Source: an uncultured Elusimicrobia bacterium (lineage in GTDB: Bacteria > Elusimicrobiota > Elusimicrobia > UBA1565 > UBA9628). From it: a stretch of DNA of 64,000 nt. Below the pieces are notes generated by a model that was not told the origin of the DNA, made no database searches, and saw nothing but the letters and a program-made list of their open reading frames with translations. Below, one piece after another: positions 39,168-50,516 of the stretch. The position numbers and the translations under genes are program-made. The stretch is taken from contig CBDIQC010000002.1 in the NCBI GenBank assembly GCA_965283875.1, forward strand, positions 189,839-253,838, written 5' to 3'. Numbering within the stretch: position 1 is the first letter of the stretch; every line of letters begins with the position of its first letter.

Positions 39168-40267
39168 GCCCGGAAATCGGCGGGGCGCGGGCCGAGGCCC
39201 GCCCAATGTTTCAGGGCGGCGACCACGCGGGGCGCGGCTTTGCCGTCGCCGAACGGATTGCGGCCGGGTTTGGGACGCGGGAGGCCGGCGGCCTTCACGA
39301 TGGCCCGCTCCACGCGCGCCGGGTCGAGCCCGGCGAGCGTCCCCCAGCGGCCCAGGCCCTCGGGGCGCTCGGTCACGGCGCGCAGCACGACGTAGCGTAA
39401 TCCGAGGCTGGGCGCTTCCTCCTGTATGCCGCCGGAGTCGGTGACCAGGAAGGCGGCGCCGGCGAGCGCGCGCACGAACGCGGCGTACGGCAGCGGCTCG
39501 ACGAGCCGGAACGGGCCTTTCGCGGGCAAAGCCGCGTAGGCGGCGCGCACCGCGGGGTTGGGGTGCACCGGGCACAGCCACTGCACGTCGGGCAGACGTT
39601 TCGCCGCGGCGACGACGGCGCCCAGCAGCCCGGCCAAGACCGGGCCGTGGCTTTCGCGGCGGTGCAAGGTGAGCACGGCCGTGCGACGAGCCGGCTTCTT
39701 CGCGCCGCGTTTGAGCGTCATGAGCAGCGCGTCCACGCCGGTGTTGCCGGTGACGTAGATGCCCGCGGCGGAGCGGCCTTCCTTGAGCAGCGCGGCCTTG
39801 GCCGCCGCGGTCGGCGCCAGGTGCACGCTCGCCACGCGGTCGATGGCGATGCGGTGCAGCTCCTCGGGGTAGGGCGCGGCCAGGTCGCCGGAGCGCAGGC
39901 CGGCCTCCACGTGCGCGACCGGCACCTTGCGGCGGAACGCCGCCAGCGCGGCGGCGGCCGCGGTCGCGGTGTCGCCCTGCACGAGGACGAGGTCCGCGGG
40001 GCGGCGCGCCAGCGCGCGATCGACGCCGCGCCGCGCGAGCGCGAGGAACGCGGCCGGCGACTGGCCCGGCTTCATCAAGCGCAGGTCCTCGTCGGGGCGC
40101 AGGCCGAAGGCGGACAGCGCCCCGTCGAAGAGCCGGCGGTGCTGCCCGGTCGCCAGCAGGCGCACGGAGAAGGCGCGGTCGCGGCGCAGCAGGCGCACGA
40201 CGGGGGCGAGCTTCACCGCCTCGGGCCGCGTCCCGGCGACGGCCAGGACGCGCAGGCGGCGCGTCAC
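39164..40267 (-). CDS. wecB: UDP-N-acetylglucosamine 2-epimerase (non-hydrolysing)
   Basis: 367 aa with LRVLAVAGTRPEAVKLAPVV, VQGDTATA, HVEAGLRS and DSGGIQEEA. Confidence 0.9.
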   Translation of the reverse strand: MTRRLRVLAVAGTRPEAVKLAPVVRLLRRDRAFSVRLLATGQHRRLFDGALSAFGLRPDEDLRLMKPGQSPAAFLALARRGVDRALARRPADLVLVQGDTATAAAAALAAFRRKVPVAHVEAGLRSGDLAAPYPEELHRIAIDRVASVHLAPTAAAKAALLKEGRSAAGIYVTGNTGVDALLMTLKRGAKKPARRTAVLTLHRRESHGPVLAGLLGAVVAAAKRLPDVQWLCPVHPNPAVRAAYAALPAKGPFRLVEPLPYAAFVRALAGAAFLVTDSGGIQEEAPSLGLRYVVLRAVTERPEGLGRWGTLAGLDPARVERAIVKAAGLPRPKPGRNPFGDGKAAPRVVAALKHWAGLGPRPADFRA

Positions 40268-40271
40268 GGCG

Positions 40272-41321
40272 TCAGAGGCCCGCGCGGCGGGCGAGCAGCT
40301 CGCGCTCGGCCAGGCGCAGGTCCTCGGCCGCCATCTCGGCGACGAGCGCCGGGAAACTCGTGCGCGGCGACCAGCCCAGCTCGCGGCGGGCCTTCGCCGC
40401 GCGGCCGAGCAAGGTGTCCACCTCGGAGGGCCGGAACAAGGCGCGGTCCACGACCACGAGCGGTTTGCCGGTCGCGGCGTCCACGCCGCGCTCCGAGACG
40501 CCTTTGCCGCGCCAGACCAGGTCCAGCTTCAGGCGCGCCGCCGCCAGCTCGACGAAGGTCCGCACGCTGTGCTGGCGCCCGGTCGCGATGATGTAGTCCG
40601 TGGGCTTCTTGCGGCGCAGCATCAACCACATCATCTCGACGTAGTCGCGGGCGTGGCCCCAGTCGCGTTTGGCGTCGAGGTTGCCCAGGCGCACGGGGCC
40701 TTGGAGGCCGAGCTTCAGGCGCGCCAGGCCGCGGGTGATCTTGCGGGTGACGAACTCCTCGCCGCGGCGCGGCGACTCGTGGTTGAAGAGCACGCCGTTG
40801 CAGGCGTAGAGGCCGTAGGCCTCGCGGTAGTTCACCGTGATCCAATACGCGTAGAGCTTGGCGACGCCGTAGGGCGAGCGCGGGTGGAACGGCGTGGACT
40901 CGCTTTGCGGCGTCTCGCGCACCTTGCCGTACAGCTCGGACGTCGAGGCCTGGTAGAACCGCGTCTTTTTGAGCCCGAGCGCGCGCAGGCCCTCGAGCAG
41001 GCGCAGCGTGCCCAAGGCGTCGGCGTTGGCCGTGTATTCCGGCTCGGCGAAGCTCGACGCGACGTGGCTTTGCGCGGCGAGGTTATAAACCTCGTCGGGG
41101 CGCGTCGCCGCGAGGATGCGCGTGAGGCTGCCGCCGTCGGTCATGTCGCCGTCGTGCAGCACGACGCGGCGAGGGCCGCGCAGCAGCCCGGCGAGGCGGT
41201 CGGTGTTGGGCAACGACGTCCGGCGCTGGACGCCGTGGACCTGGTAGCCCTTCGACAGGAGGAATTCGGCGAGATACGAGCCGTCCTGGCCGGTGATGCC
41301 GGTGATGAGCGCCTTTCGCAC
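40272..41321 (-). CDS. gmd: GDP-mannose 4,6-dehydratase
   Basis: The GTG at 41321 gives [30 protein letters not shown]; the product also contains [10 protein letters not shown]. The upstream part of ORF 40272..41618 is not coding in this frame. Confidence 0.9.
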   Translation of the reverse strand: MRKALITGITGQDGSYLAEFLLSKGYQVHGVQRRTSLPNTDRLAGLLRGPRRVVLHDGDMTDGGSLTRILAATRPDEVYNLAAQSHVASSFAEPEYTANADALGTLRLLEGLRALGLKKTRFYQASTSELYGKVRETPQSESTPFHPRSPYGVAKLYAYWITVNYREAYGLYACNGVLFNHESPRRGEEFVTRKITRGLARLKLGLQGPVRLGNLDAKRDWGHARDYVEMMWLMLRRKKPTDYIIATGRQHSVRTFVELAAARLKLDLVWRGKGVSERGVDAATGKPLVVVDRALFRPSEVDTLLGRAAKARRELGWSPRTSFPALVAEMAAEDLRLAERELLARRAGL

Positions 41322-41326
41322 GGCGG

Positions 41327-41698
41327 CTATTGAAGCAAAATAACGCCGGGGGCGACGGCGGCGGGCGCGGCCGAAGACGTCGTGACCGACACCGGGCCCG
41401 ACGTCACGTCGAGCGCGGGGACGCCGCTGGAGAGGAAGAAGCGGAAGGAGGCGCCGGCCTCCGCGACGACGCGCGACTTGCGGATCTTGAACTCGGCGCG
41501 GCCCGCGCTCACATCGACGCCGCCGTCGGGCGGCACGGCCGGCAACGGCGTGCCCGCGGGCGCGGACACCGTGGTCTCGCCGCGCACCGCGTAAACGCCG
41601 TCGGAGGAGACGGGGCACAACGCCATGGTGCAGGGCCGGGGGCCGGCGCAGGCGGCGAGCAGAGCCGCGGCGAGAATCGCGAGGACGGGCCGGCGCAT
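41327..41698 (-). CDS. Hypothetical lipoprotein
   Basis: 123 aa starting [17 protein letters not shown] (lipobox). Its start overlaps the stop of the upstream transglycosylase gene in a TGATG arrangement. Confidence 0.55.
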   Translation of the reverse strand: MRRPVLAILAAALLAACAGPRPCTMALCPVSSDGVYAVRGETTVSAPAGTPLPAVPPDGGVDVSAGRAEFKIRKSRVVAEAGASFRFFLSSGVPALDVTSGPVSVTTSSAAPAAVAPGVILLQ

Positions 41699-42516
41699 CA
41701 GTGCAGGGAGCCCGTCGGCACGACGAATTCGCGGTAGGACGGCGACGCCGCGGCGGCGCGCACGGGGCGGCGCAGGTCGGTCACCTTCGAGCGGTAGAAG
41801 AGCACGACCTTGCGCACGTAGGCGCGCGTCGCGCCGAACCAGCGGGTGCTGCTCAGGAAGCGGGGGCCGGCGTGGTAGGCGGCGACCACGCGCTGGATGA
41901 CCCAGTCGGGCGCGTCGGTGTAACGCACGCCTTTGAGCTTGAACTTCTTCCAGGCGGTGCGCAGCAGCTCGGCGAGGTAGCCGGTGCCGGCCTTGATGCC
42001 GTGCTCCGGGTCGTAAAGCTTGTCGGCCGGGACGTTGAGGCCTTCGGCGGTCGCGGGCATGACCTGCATGAGGCCGCGGGCGCCGGCGGGCGAGAGGGCT
42101 TCGGGGCGGAACTCGGATTCCGCGGCCATGACGGCCTTGACCAGGCGGGCGTCGATGCGGTGGCGGCGGGCGTATTTGAGGATGAGGTCGTCGTAACGGT
42201 CGGTTTTATCGGGCTGGCCGAGCATCCGCTTGAAGGTGCGGCGGTAGGCCGGGGTCTCGCGGGGGATGGGCACCACGAGCTGCTGATGGAGGGTGGCGGC
42301 GCGGTACTGCGCGGCCGGGGCGGCGGCGGCGCGGGCCGGGGCCGGCGCGGGAGAGTCGGCCGGCGCGCTGGGCAGCTCCACGGCCAGGTCCGGGCGCATG
42401 CGGGCGGAGTCGAAAAACCGGCTCACGCTGGCCGGGTTGGCGAAAGCCAGCTGGGGCATCTGGGGCTCTTGAGCCCCCAGGGGCGCCGCCATCAGGACCA
42501 GCCACAGGCTCATCAT
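41698..42516 (-). CDS. Lytic transglycosylase (SLT domain)
   Basis: Contains [29 protein letters not shown] and AYHAGP. I chose the ATG at 42516 ([15 protein letters not shown] signal) because TGGTATACT ends 6 nt upstream of it. Confidence 0.85.
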   Translation of the reverse strand: MMSLWLVLMAAPLGAQEPQMPQLAFANPASVSRFFDSARMRPDLAVELPSAPADSPAPAPARAAAAPAAQYRAATLHQQLVVPIPRETPAYRRTFKRMLGQPDKTDRYDDLILKYARRHRIDARLVKAVMAAESEFRPEALSPAGARGLMQVMPATAEGLNVPADKLYDPEHGIKAGTGYLAELLRTAWKKFKLKGVRYTDAPDWVIQRVVAAYHAGPRFLSSTRWFGATRAYVRKVVLFYRSKVTDLRRPVRAAAASPSYREFVVPTGSLH

Positions 42517-42623
42517 GTCTTGAGTATACCACACCCCGGCGGGAACGCCTGGGCCTTCCGGTCCTATAACGGGGGTCCTGGTGGCCCCCTCCCCCCGTCA
42601 AAAGCTTGATATAATGCGCCAAT

Positions 42624-43553
42624 ATGAAGGATAGGCCTTCCAAGGTCCTGGTCATCGGCGGAACCGGCCTGGTCGGCAACGCCTTGGTCCGTTCCTGGGC
42701 CGCCCGGGGCCACCCCACCGCGGCCGCGACCTACCACTGCCACCCCGGCCCCGGCTTCCTGCGCCTGGATATGCAGGACGAGGCGGCCGTTAGGGCCTGC
42801 CTGGCCGAACACCGGCCGGCGGTCGTGGCCGTCCCGGCCGCCAACCCCCACGTGGACTACTGCGAGACCCACCCTGAGGAGACCCGCAAGGTCAACGTCC
42901 TGGGCACCCTCAACGTGGCCCGGGCCGCCCGCGACGCCGGGGCCCGGATGGTGTTTTATTCCTCCGACTACGTCTTCGACGGGGTCAAAGGCGCTTATAG
43001 CGAGGAAGACCGGCCCAACCCCCTCAACGAATACGGCCGCCAGAAGGCGGAAACCGAGGCCGGGGTCTTGGCCTGCGACCCCCGCAACCTGGTCATCCGC
43101 ACCTCGGGCGCCTACGGCTGGCAATGGGAGCCCAAGAACTTCGTGCTCCAGGTGCGGGCCAAGCTGACGGCCGGCCAGAAGCTGTCCTTGGCCGGCGACC
43201 TCCTTTATAATCCCACCTACGCGGAGAACCTCGCCGACGTGACCGTCGATCTCGTCGAGGCCGGGGCGGCCGGCATCTTCCACGTGGTCGGCGCCGAGCC
43301 CATCACGCGTTACGACTTCGCGGTGCTCGCCGCCAAGACCTGGGGCCTGGACCCGGCGGGGCTCGAGTCCGTGCCCGCCGCGCGGTTCACCTCGCCCACG
43401 CCCCGCCCCAAACAGTCCTCCTTGCTGACCGCCAAGGTGCGCGCGGTGGCCGCCACCCCCCTCCTGGGGCCGGCCGCGGGCCTCGCCCACATGAAGGCGC
43501 TGGAGCCCGCCTGGCAGGCGTACGCGAAGACCTTGCCGTCTCCTTCCCTTTAA
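42624..43553 (+). CDS. RmlD-type NAD(P)-dependent sugar-nucleotide reductase (dTDP-4-dehydrorhamnose reductase family)
   Basis: 309 aa with [14 protein letters not shown] and [31 protein letters not shown]. The substrate cannot be assigned from sequence alone. Confidence 0.75.
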   Translation: MKDRPSKVLVIGGTGLVGNALVRSWAARGHPTAAATYHCHPGPGFLRLDMQDEAAVRACLAEHRPAVVAVPAANPHVDYCETHPEETRKVNVLGTLNVARAARDAGARMVFYSSDYVFDGVKGAYSEEDRPNPLNEYGRQKAETEAGVLACDPRNLVIRTSGAYGWQWEPKNFVLQVRAKLTAGQKLSLAGDLLYNPTYAENLADVTVDLVEAGAAGIFHVVGAEPITRYDFAVLAAKTWGLDPAGLESVPAARFTSPTPRPKQSSLLTAKVRAVAATPLLGPAAGLAHMKALEPAWQAYAKTLPSPSL

Positions 43554-43612
43554 TAGGACGGATTTGCTATCATTCCTCGTCGCCCCAACTCACGGAGAAT
43601 AATAAACCGCTC

Positions 43613-44428
43613 ATGATCAACGTCTCGATGAAAGCCATGCTGGAAGCCGGCGTGCACTTCGGTCACCAGACCCGCCGCTGGAACCCCAAGATGTCCCGCT
43701 TCATTTTCGGCGAGCGCAACGCCATCCACATCATCGACCTCCAGAAGACGGTCAAGGAGCTCAAGAAGGTCGGCCAGTGGGTCCGCGACCAGGCCGCCCT
43801 CGGCAAGAAGTTCCTCTTCGTGGGCACCAAGAAGCAGGCCCAGGACATCCTCAAGGCCGAGGCCGAGCGCTGCAGCGCCGCCTACGTCTCCGAGAAGTGG
43901 CTCGGCGGCACGCTCACGAACTACTCGACGCTCAAGAAGTCCCTCAAGCGCCTCGAGGAGCTCGAGAAGTGGCAGGCCGACGGCATCTTCTCCGTGCTGC
44001 CGAAGAAGGAAGTCTCCCGCCTCAACAAGGAGATGGCCAAGCTCAAGAAGAACCTCTCCGGCCTGCGCGCGCTCGACGGCCTGCCCGACATCATGTTCGT
44101 CGTGGACCCCGTCGAAGAGGACCTCGCCGTCACCGAGGCCCGCAAGCTCAACATCCCCATCGTCGCCATCTGCGACACCGACTGCGACCCCGACCTCATC
44201 GACCACCCGATTCCGGGCAACGACGACGCGGCGCGCTCGATCAAGCTGTTCTGCGGCCTGATCGCCGACGCCGTGCTCGAAGGCAAGCTCGCCTACGAGG
44301 CCGCTAAGAACGCGACGTCCGTCGCGGGCGCCGAAGCCGCGATGCTCGCCGAGGGCGGGGTCGACGAGACCCAGCCCGCCGTCGATGTCGTTTACGCCGC
44401 CGAGGAAGCTCCCTCGGAAGCCGCTTAA
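43613..44428 (+). CDS. rpsB: 30S ribosomal protein S2
   Basis: 271 aa starting [19 protein letters not shown]. Confidence 0.95.
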   Translation: MINVSMKAMLEAGVHFGHQTRRWNPKMSRFIFGERNAIHIIDLQKTVKELKKVGQWVRDQAALGKKFLFVGTKKQAQDILKAEAERCSAAYVSEKWLGGTLTNYSTLKKSLKRLEELEKWQADGIFSVLPKKEVSRLNKEMAKLKKNLSGLRALDGLPDIMFVVDPVEEDLAVTEARKLNIPIVAICDTDCDPDLIDHPIPGNDDAARSIKLFCGLIADAVLEGKLAYEAAKNATSVAGAEAAMLAEGGVDETQPAVDVVYAAEEAPSEAA

Positions 44429-44453
44429 TCCCTCTCCGCACCCAGGACACGCC

Positions 44454-45302
44454 ATGACCACGATGGACGCCACCCAGATGATCCGCGAGCTGCGCGAGAA
44501 GACCGGCGCCGGCATGATGGACTGCAAACGCGCGCTCGACGAGGCGAAGGGCAACCTCAACGACGCCATCACCATCCTTCGCAAGAAGGGCATGGCCGAC
44601 GCGGCCAAGAAGGCGACGCGCGCCACGAAGGAAGGCGCCGTGGCGTTCAAGACCGACGGCAAGGTCGGCGCCATCGTCGAGATCAACTGCGAGACCGACT
44701 TCGTCGCCAAGGGCGCCGATTTCACCGGCATGGTGACCGCCATCCTCGACGGCGCCTACGCCGCCAAGCTCGGCTCCGTCGATGCGGCCAACGAGTCCAT
44801 CGTCAAGCCGATGGTCGGCAAGCTCGGCGAGAACATGGCGCTGCGCCGCTTCGACCGCTTCGAGCTCAAGGGCACGGGCCTGATCGCCGGCTACGCGCAC
44901 CGCCCCGACCCCGCGCTCCCCGCCAAGACCGGCGCGCTCATCGAGCTCTCCGCGCCCGCCGCGGGCCCCGAGCTCGAGGCCCTCGCCAAGACCTTGCTCC
45001 TCCAGATCGTCGGCGCCTCCGCGAAGTACCTCGTGCGCGCCGAGGTCCCGGCCGAGGACATCGAGAAGGAGAAGGAGATCCACACCGAGGTGCTCCGCAA
45101 GGAAGGCAAGCCCGAGGCGTCGATCCCCAAGATCATCGAGGGCAAGATCAACAAGCTTTTCTACCAGGCGTGGGTGCTCAACGAGCAGCCCTGGCAGCAG
45201 GACCCGAAGAAGACGGTCACCGACCTCCTGAAGGACGCGTCCGCCAAGCTCGGCGGCGAGGTCAAGATCGTCCGCTTCGCGCGCTACCAGCTGGGCCAGT
45301 AG
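44454..45302 (+). CDS. tsf: Elongation factor Ts
   Basis: The ATG at 44454 gives IRELREKTGAGMMDCKRALDEAKGN. Confidence 0.95.
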   Translation: MTTMDATQMIRELREKTGAGMMDCKRALDEAKGNLNDAITILRKKGMADAAKKATRATKEGAVAFKTDGKVGAIVEINCETDFVAKGADFTGMVTAILDGAYAAKLGSVDAANESIVKPMVGKLGENMALRRFDRFELKGTGLIAGYAHRPDPALPAKTGALIELSAPAAGPELEALAKTLLLQIVGASAKYLVRAEVPAEDIEKEKEIHTEVLRKEGKPEASIPKIIEGKINKLFYQAWVLNEQPWQQDPKKTVTDLLKDASAKLGGEVKIVRFARYQLGQ

Positions 45303-46034
<732 letters not shown>

Positions 46035-46037
46035 CCT

Positions 46038-46610
46038 ATGCCCGTCAGCGACGCCGTCAACGCCGCCGTCACCGCGATGGAGGCGGCCATGAAGGACCGC
46101 CTCGGCAAGATGGCCAAGGACATGTCCGTCCTGCGCACCGGCCGCGCCAACCCCCAGATCCTCGAGTCGGTGAAGGTCGAGGCCTACGGCTCCTTGGTCC
46201 CCCTCAAGCAGGTCGCCGCCGTCTCCGTCCCCGAGGCGCGCACCATCGAGGTCCGCCCCTGGGACCCCTCCACCCTCCAGGACATCGAGAAGGCCCTGCA
46301 GAAGGCCGAGCTGGGCGCGATGCCGCAGAACGACGGCAAGATGATCCGCATCAGCCTGCCGATGATGACGGAAGACCGCCGCAAGGACATGGTCAAGCTC
46401 CTCAAGAAGATCGGCGAGGAGTTCCGCGTCGGCGTGCGCACCGAGCGCCAGGACGCCCTCAACAAGATCAAGAAGTCCTTCCAGGCCAAAGAGATCACCG
46501 AAGACGACGTGCGCGTGGTGGAGCAGCGCATCCAGAAGATCACCGACGCCTTCACCAAGCAGATCGACGACACCGTCGCGGCCAAAGAGAAGGAAGTCCT
46601 GACGGTCTAA
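46038..46610 (+). CDS. frr: Ribosome recycling factor
   Basis: 190 aa with LRTGRANPQILESVKVEAYG and LPMMTEDRRKDMVK. Confidence 0.95.
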   Translation: MPVSDAVNAAVTAMEAAMKDRLGKMAKDMSVLRTGRANPQILESVKVEAYGSLVPLKQVAAVSVPEARTIEVRPWDPSTLQDIEKALQKAELGAMPQNDGKMIRISLPMMTEDRRKDMVKLLKKIGEEFRVGVRTERQDALNKIKKSFQAKEITEDDVRVVEQRIQKITDAFTKQIDDTVAAKEKEVLTV

Positions 46611-46611
46611 G

Positions 46612-47301
46612 ATGTCCCTTCCCAGGCACGTCGCCGTCATCATGGACGGCAACGGTCGCTGGGCGGCGGCCAAGGGTCTGCCCCGCGTCGCGGGCCACAA
46701 GGCGGGCGTGGATTCCGTGCGCGAGATCGTCCGCTCCTGCGGCGAGCTGGGCATCGAGGCCCTCACCCTCTACAGCTTCTCGACGGAGAACTGGCTGCGC
46801 CCCAAGGAAGAGGTCGGCGAGCTGATGCGCCTGCTGAGCTGGGCGCTCGACAAGGAGACCCTCGAGCTCGGCAAAAGCAACGTGCGCCTCGGCGCCATCG
46901 GCCGGCTCGACGCGCTGCCCCAGGCCGTGCAGGAGCAGCTCGCCAAGTCCATCAAGGAGCTGTCCGGCAACACGGGCCTTCGGTTGACGCTCGCGCTCAA
47001 CTACGGCGGGCGCCAGGAAATTCTCGACGCCGTCAACAAAGTCATCGCGACCGGAGGGAAGGTCGATGAGGATTCGGTGGGAAGAAATCTTTACACCGCC
47101 GACCTGCCCGAGCTCGACCTCGTCATCCGCACCTCGGGCGAGATGCGCATCTCCAATTTCCTGCTGTGGCAGGCCGCCTACGCCGAGCTCTACGTCACGC
47201 CGACGTTGTGGCCGGACTTCCGCAAGCCCCACCTCGTCGAAGCGCTGGAGGATTACCAGCGCCGCGACCGCCGCTTCGGCGGCCTCTCCGCGAAAGCTTA
47301 G
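46612..47301 (+). CDS. uppS: Di-trans,poly-cis-undecaprenyl-diphosphate synthase
   Basis: 229 aa with HVAVIMDGNGRWA, FSTENWLRP and IRTSGEMRISNFLLWQAAYAE. Confidence 0.95.
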   Translation: MSLPRHVAVIMDGNGRWAAAKGLPRVAGHKAGVDSVREIVRSCGELGIEALTLYSFSTENWLRPKEEVGELMRLLSWALDKETLELGKSNVRLGAIGRLDALPQAVQEQLAKSIKELSGNTGLRLTLALNYGGRQEILDAVNKVIATGGKVDEDSVGRNLYTADLPELDLVIRTSGEMRISNFLLWQAAYAELYVTPTLWPDFRKPHLVEALEDYQRRDRRFGGLSAKA

Positions 47302-47311
47302 CCGCGCCGAC

Positions 47312-47417
47312 GGGGGGATCACTTCGGGATAACGCTGAAATAATCAGCGCTTTCGGTCTCTTTTGAAAGAGGTCGATAACGTATATAAATAAAGCGTAAT
47401 CCGAAAGTGGTCCCCCC
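47312..47417. repeat. 106-bp AT-rich element bounded by a 16-bp inverted repeat (MITE-like or structured RNA)
   Basis: GGGGGGATCACTTCGG (47312-47327) pairs with CCGAAAGTGGTCCCCCC (47401-47417), with one wobble and one bulge. Internal hairpins pair 47333-47338 with 47344-47349, and 47354-47362 with 47367-47375. Confidence 0.55.
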
Positions 47418-47443
47418 CTCCCCTATTTGGTAGAATCACCGAA

Positions 47444-48226
47444 GTGCTTCTGCCCCGCGTCTTGACCGCGCTCGTCGGCATCCCGCTGCTGCTCTGGCTC
47501 GTGCACGCCGGCGGCACGGCGTTCTCGATTTTCGTCGTCGCCGTGTGCGCGATGTGCTGCTACGAGTTCGCGCTCATCTTGCGCCTGGGCGGCCGCCCCG
47601 TGCAGGCCGTGCCCGTGGTGCTCGTGGGCTCCGCGCTCGCCGCGTGCGCGGCGCTGGGCGGACCGTTCCCCCTCGCGCTCGCCGCCGGCGTGGTGCTCAT
47701 CGCGCTGTTCGAGCTGTTCTCGAAGGTCCACTCGCTCGACCGCGCCGCGCTCACCTTGTTCGGGGCGTTGTTCGCGGGCTGGATGCCGTCGCACCTCGCG
47801 CTCATCCGCGACCTGCGCCCGCACGGCGAGGCCTTCGTCGTGCTCGTGTTCCTCGCGGTGTGGGCGAGCGACACGGCCGGCTACTTCGCGGGCCGCGCCT
47901 ACGGCAAAAACGCGCTCGCCGCCGAGGTCTCCCCCAAGAAGACCTGGGAAGGCGCCGCCGCCGGCTTCGCCGCGGCCGTCGTGACCTCCTTGCTCGTCCA
48001 GCGCTTCAGCCTGCAGGACGCGATGACGCCGGTGCACGCGGCCGGCCTGGGCGCGGCCATCGGCGCCATCGGCCAGGTCTCCGACCTCGCCGAGTCCATG
48101 ATCAAGCGCGACGCGGGCGTCAAGGACAGCGGCGCGCTGCTGCCGGGCCATGGCGGCGTCTTCGACCGCTTCGACTCCTACATCCTCGCCGCCCCCGCGG
48201 TGTATTACGCGCTGAGCTTTAGGTGA
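47444..48226 (+). CDS. cdsA: Phosphatidate cytidylyltransferase
   Basis: 260 aa with a GTG start. TGGTAGAAT ends 7 nt upstream of the start. The C-terminal motif is SDLAESMIKRDAGVKDSGALLPGHGGVFDRFDS. Confidence 0.9.
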   Translation: MLLPRVLTALVGIPLLLWLVHAGGTAFSIFVVAVCAMCCYEFALILRLGGRPVQAVPVVLVGSALAACAALGGPFPLALAAGVVLIALFELFSKVHSLDRAALTLFGALFAGWMPSHLALIRDLRPHGEAFVVLVFLAVWASDTAGYFAGRAYGKNALAAEVSPKKTWEGAAAGFAAAVVTSLLVQRFSLQDAMTPVHAAGLGAAIGAIGQVSDLAESMIKRDAGVKDSGALLPGHGGVFDRFDSYILAAPAVYYALSFR

Positions 48227-48244
48227 TCTGACATAAGCGCATTT

Positions 48245-49417
48245 ATGAAAAGAATCGCCATCCTCGGGTCCACCGGCTCCATCGGCGTCAACGCGCTCAA
48301 CGTCATCCGCGAGATGCCGGACGTGCTCTCCGTGTTCGGCCTGGCCGCGCACAGCAACTCCGCGCTCGTCGCCGAGCAGGCGAAGGAGTTCAAACCTAAG
48401 GCCGTCTCGATGTTCTCCGCCGACGCGGCCAAGGATCTCAAGACGCGCCTCAACGGCGCGGCCAAACACCTCGAGCCCGGCGTGCAGGGCCTGTGCGACA
48501 TGGCCGCGCACCCCGACGTGGACGTGGTGCTCACCTCGGTGGTGGGCGGCGTGGGCTTCGCCCCCCTTCTGGCCGCCATCCGCGCGGGCAAAATCGTCGC
48601 GCTCGCCAACAAGGAGCCGATGGTCATGGCCGGCGCGCAGTTCATGGCCGAGGCCGAGCGCTGGGGCGCCAAGATCGTGCCGGTGGACTCCGAGCCCTCC
48701 GCCATCTTCCAGTGCGTCCAGGGCCTCAACCCCGATCCCCGCGCGGCCGCGCCGCTGAAGACCATCAAACGCGTCATCCTCACCGCCTCCGGCGGCGCCT
48801 TCGGCAAATACGCGGGCGACCTGGCCGACGTGACGCCCGCCATGGCGCTGAAGCACCCCACGTGGAAGATGGGCAAGAAGATCACGATTGACTGCGCGAC
48901 CTTGATGAACAAGGGTTTCGAGCTCATCGAGATCATGAACCTGTTCGGCCTCAAACGCGAGCAGGTCGAGATCGTCATCCACCCGCAGAGCATCTTCCAC
49001 TCGGGCGTCGAGTTCTCCGACGGCTCGGTGCTCGCGCAGATGGGCCTGCCCGACATGAAGCTGCCCATCCAATACGGCATGACCTACCCCGCGCGCGGCC
49101 CGCGCGTCGTCGAGCCGCTCGATTTGATCAAGGCCGGCACGCTCGAGTTCCGCGCGCCGGATTTCCGCCGCTTCCCGTGCCTGGCGCTGGCGCAGGAGGC
49201 CGCGAAGGCCGGCGGCGGCCTGCCGGCCGTGCTCTCGGCCGCCGACGAGATCGCCGTCGAGGCCTTTATCGCCGGCCGCATCAAGTTCACCGACATTCCC
49301 CGCGTCGTCGAGCGGACGATGGCCGCCTACACCGTCACCGGAGGCCTGCCCGGCTTCCAAGAGATCGTCGAGATCGACGCGTGGGCGCGGACCAAAGCCG
49401 AGGAGGCCTGTAAATGA
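48245..49417 (+). CDS. dxr: 1-deoxy-D-xylulose 5-phosphate reductoisomerase
   Basis: 390 aa with ILGSTGSIGVNAL, LANKEPMVMAG, PVDSEPSAIFQC and NKGFELIE. Confidence 0.95.
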   Translation: MKRIAILGSTGSIGVNALNVIREMPDVLSVFGLAAHSNSALVAEQAKEFKPKAVSMFSADAAKDLKTRLNGAAKHLEPGVQGLCDMAAHPDVDVVLTSVVGGVGFAPLLAAIRAGKIVALANKEPMVMAGAQFMAEAERWGAKIVPVDSEPSAIFQCVQGLNPDPRAAAPLKTIKRVILTASGGAFGKYAGDLADVTPAMALKHPTWKMGKKITIDCATLMNKGFELIEIMNLFGLKREQVEIVIHPQSIFHSGVEFSDGSVLAQMGLPDMKLPIQYGMTYPARGPRVVEPLDLIKAGTLEFRAPDFRRFPCLALAQEAAKAGGGLPAVLSAADEIAVEAFIAGRIKFTDIPRVVERTMAAYTVTGGLPGFQEIVEIDAWARTKAEEACK

Positions 49418-50516
49418 CCGCCCTACTTGCCACGTTGTGGAGCATCGTCGCCGTCGGCCTGACCTTCGGCCTGGTCATCTTCCTCCATGAGTTCGGCCAC
49501 TTCATCGTGGCGCGCAAGCTCGGCGTGCGCGTCGAGAAGTTCGCCTTCGGCTTCGGCCCCGAGCTGCTCGGCGTCACCGACTCCACCGGCACGCGTTTCT
49601 CCATCTGCGCCATCCCGCTGGGCGGCTTCGTCAAGCCGGCCGGCGAGGACCCCTCGACGGCGGGCGTGGACCCCAAGCCCGACGAATACTTCGGGCAGTC
49701 CTGGAACCGGCGCCTCGCCATCGTGGCCGCCGGCCCGGCCATGAACTACGTGCTCGCCTTCACCTTGTTCACCGGCGTCGTCTGGCTCAAGGGCATGCCG
49801 GTCGCGTCCAAGGAGCCCGTCATCGGCAACCTGATGGTGGGTTTCCCCGCCGACAAGGCCGGCATCGAGCTCGACGACCGCGTGCTGCTCTTCGACGGCC
49901 GCGCGCTGGCGGGCTGGGAGGACCTGGCGCAGTCCATCCACCGCTCCGCGGGCAAGGAGATCGCGCTGACCATCGACCGCAAAGGCGAGAAGATCGTCGT
50001 GCGCATCACGCCCAAGGCCGACGAGACCGGCACGCGCGGCGTCATCGGCATCATGCCCAAGGCGGACTACGAGCCCGTGAGCTTCGTCGCCGCGGCGGGC
50101 GAGGGCCTGCGGCAGTGCTGGGCGCAGTCCAAGGCCACGGTGACCACCATCGCCGGCAAGATCTACAAACGCGAGCGCCCCGATCTGGCGGGCCCCGTGG
50201 GCATCGTGCAGATGGTGCACCGCGCCGCGCACTCCGACTGGGCCGACTTCGTCTTCCTCATCGGCTTCATCTCGGTGGCCATCGGCTTCTTCAACATCCT
50301 GCCCGTCCCCTCTTGGACGGCGGGCACGCCGTGTTCTACATCTGGGAAGGCATCGTCGGCCGCCGCCCCAAGCCCGAGCTCATCGAGAAGGTCAACGGGG
50401 TGGGCATCGCCTTCCTGCTGTCGCTGCTGGTGTTCGCCACGTACAACGACGTGCTGCGCATCCGCAACGAGCGCGCCATCCAGAAGAACAAACCCGCCGT
50501 CGAAAAGGCCAAATGA
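49414..50516 (+). CDS. rseP: RIP zinc metalloprotease RseP; one frame break at the C-run 50307-50310
   Basis: Contains HEFGHFIVARKLGV (HExxH) and a PDZ segment. NILPVP followed by LDGGHAVFYIWE resumes in ORF 50115..50516 if the C4 run is read as C5. The 795-aa track ORF is a run-on. Confidence 0.85.
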
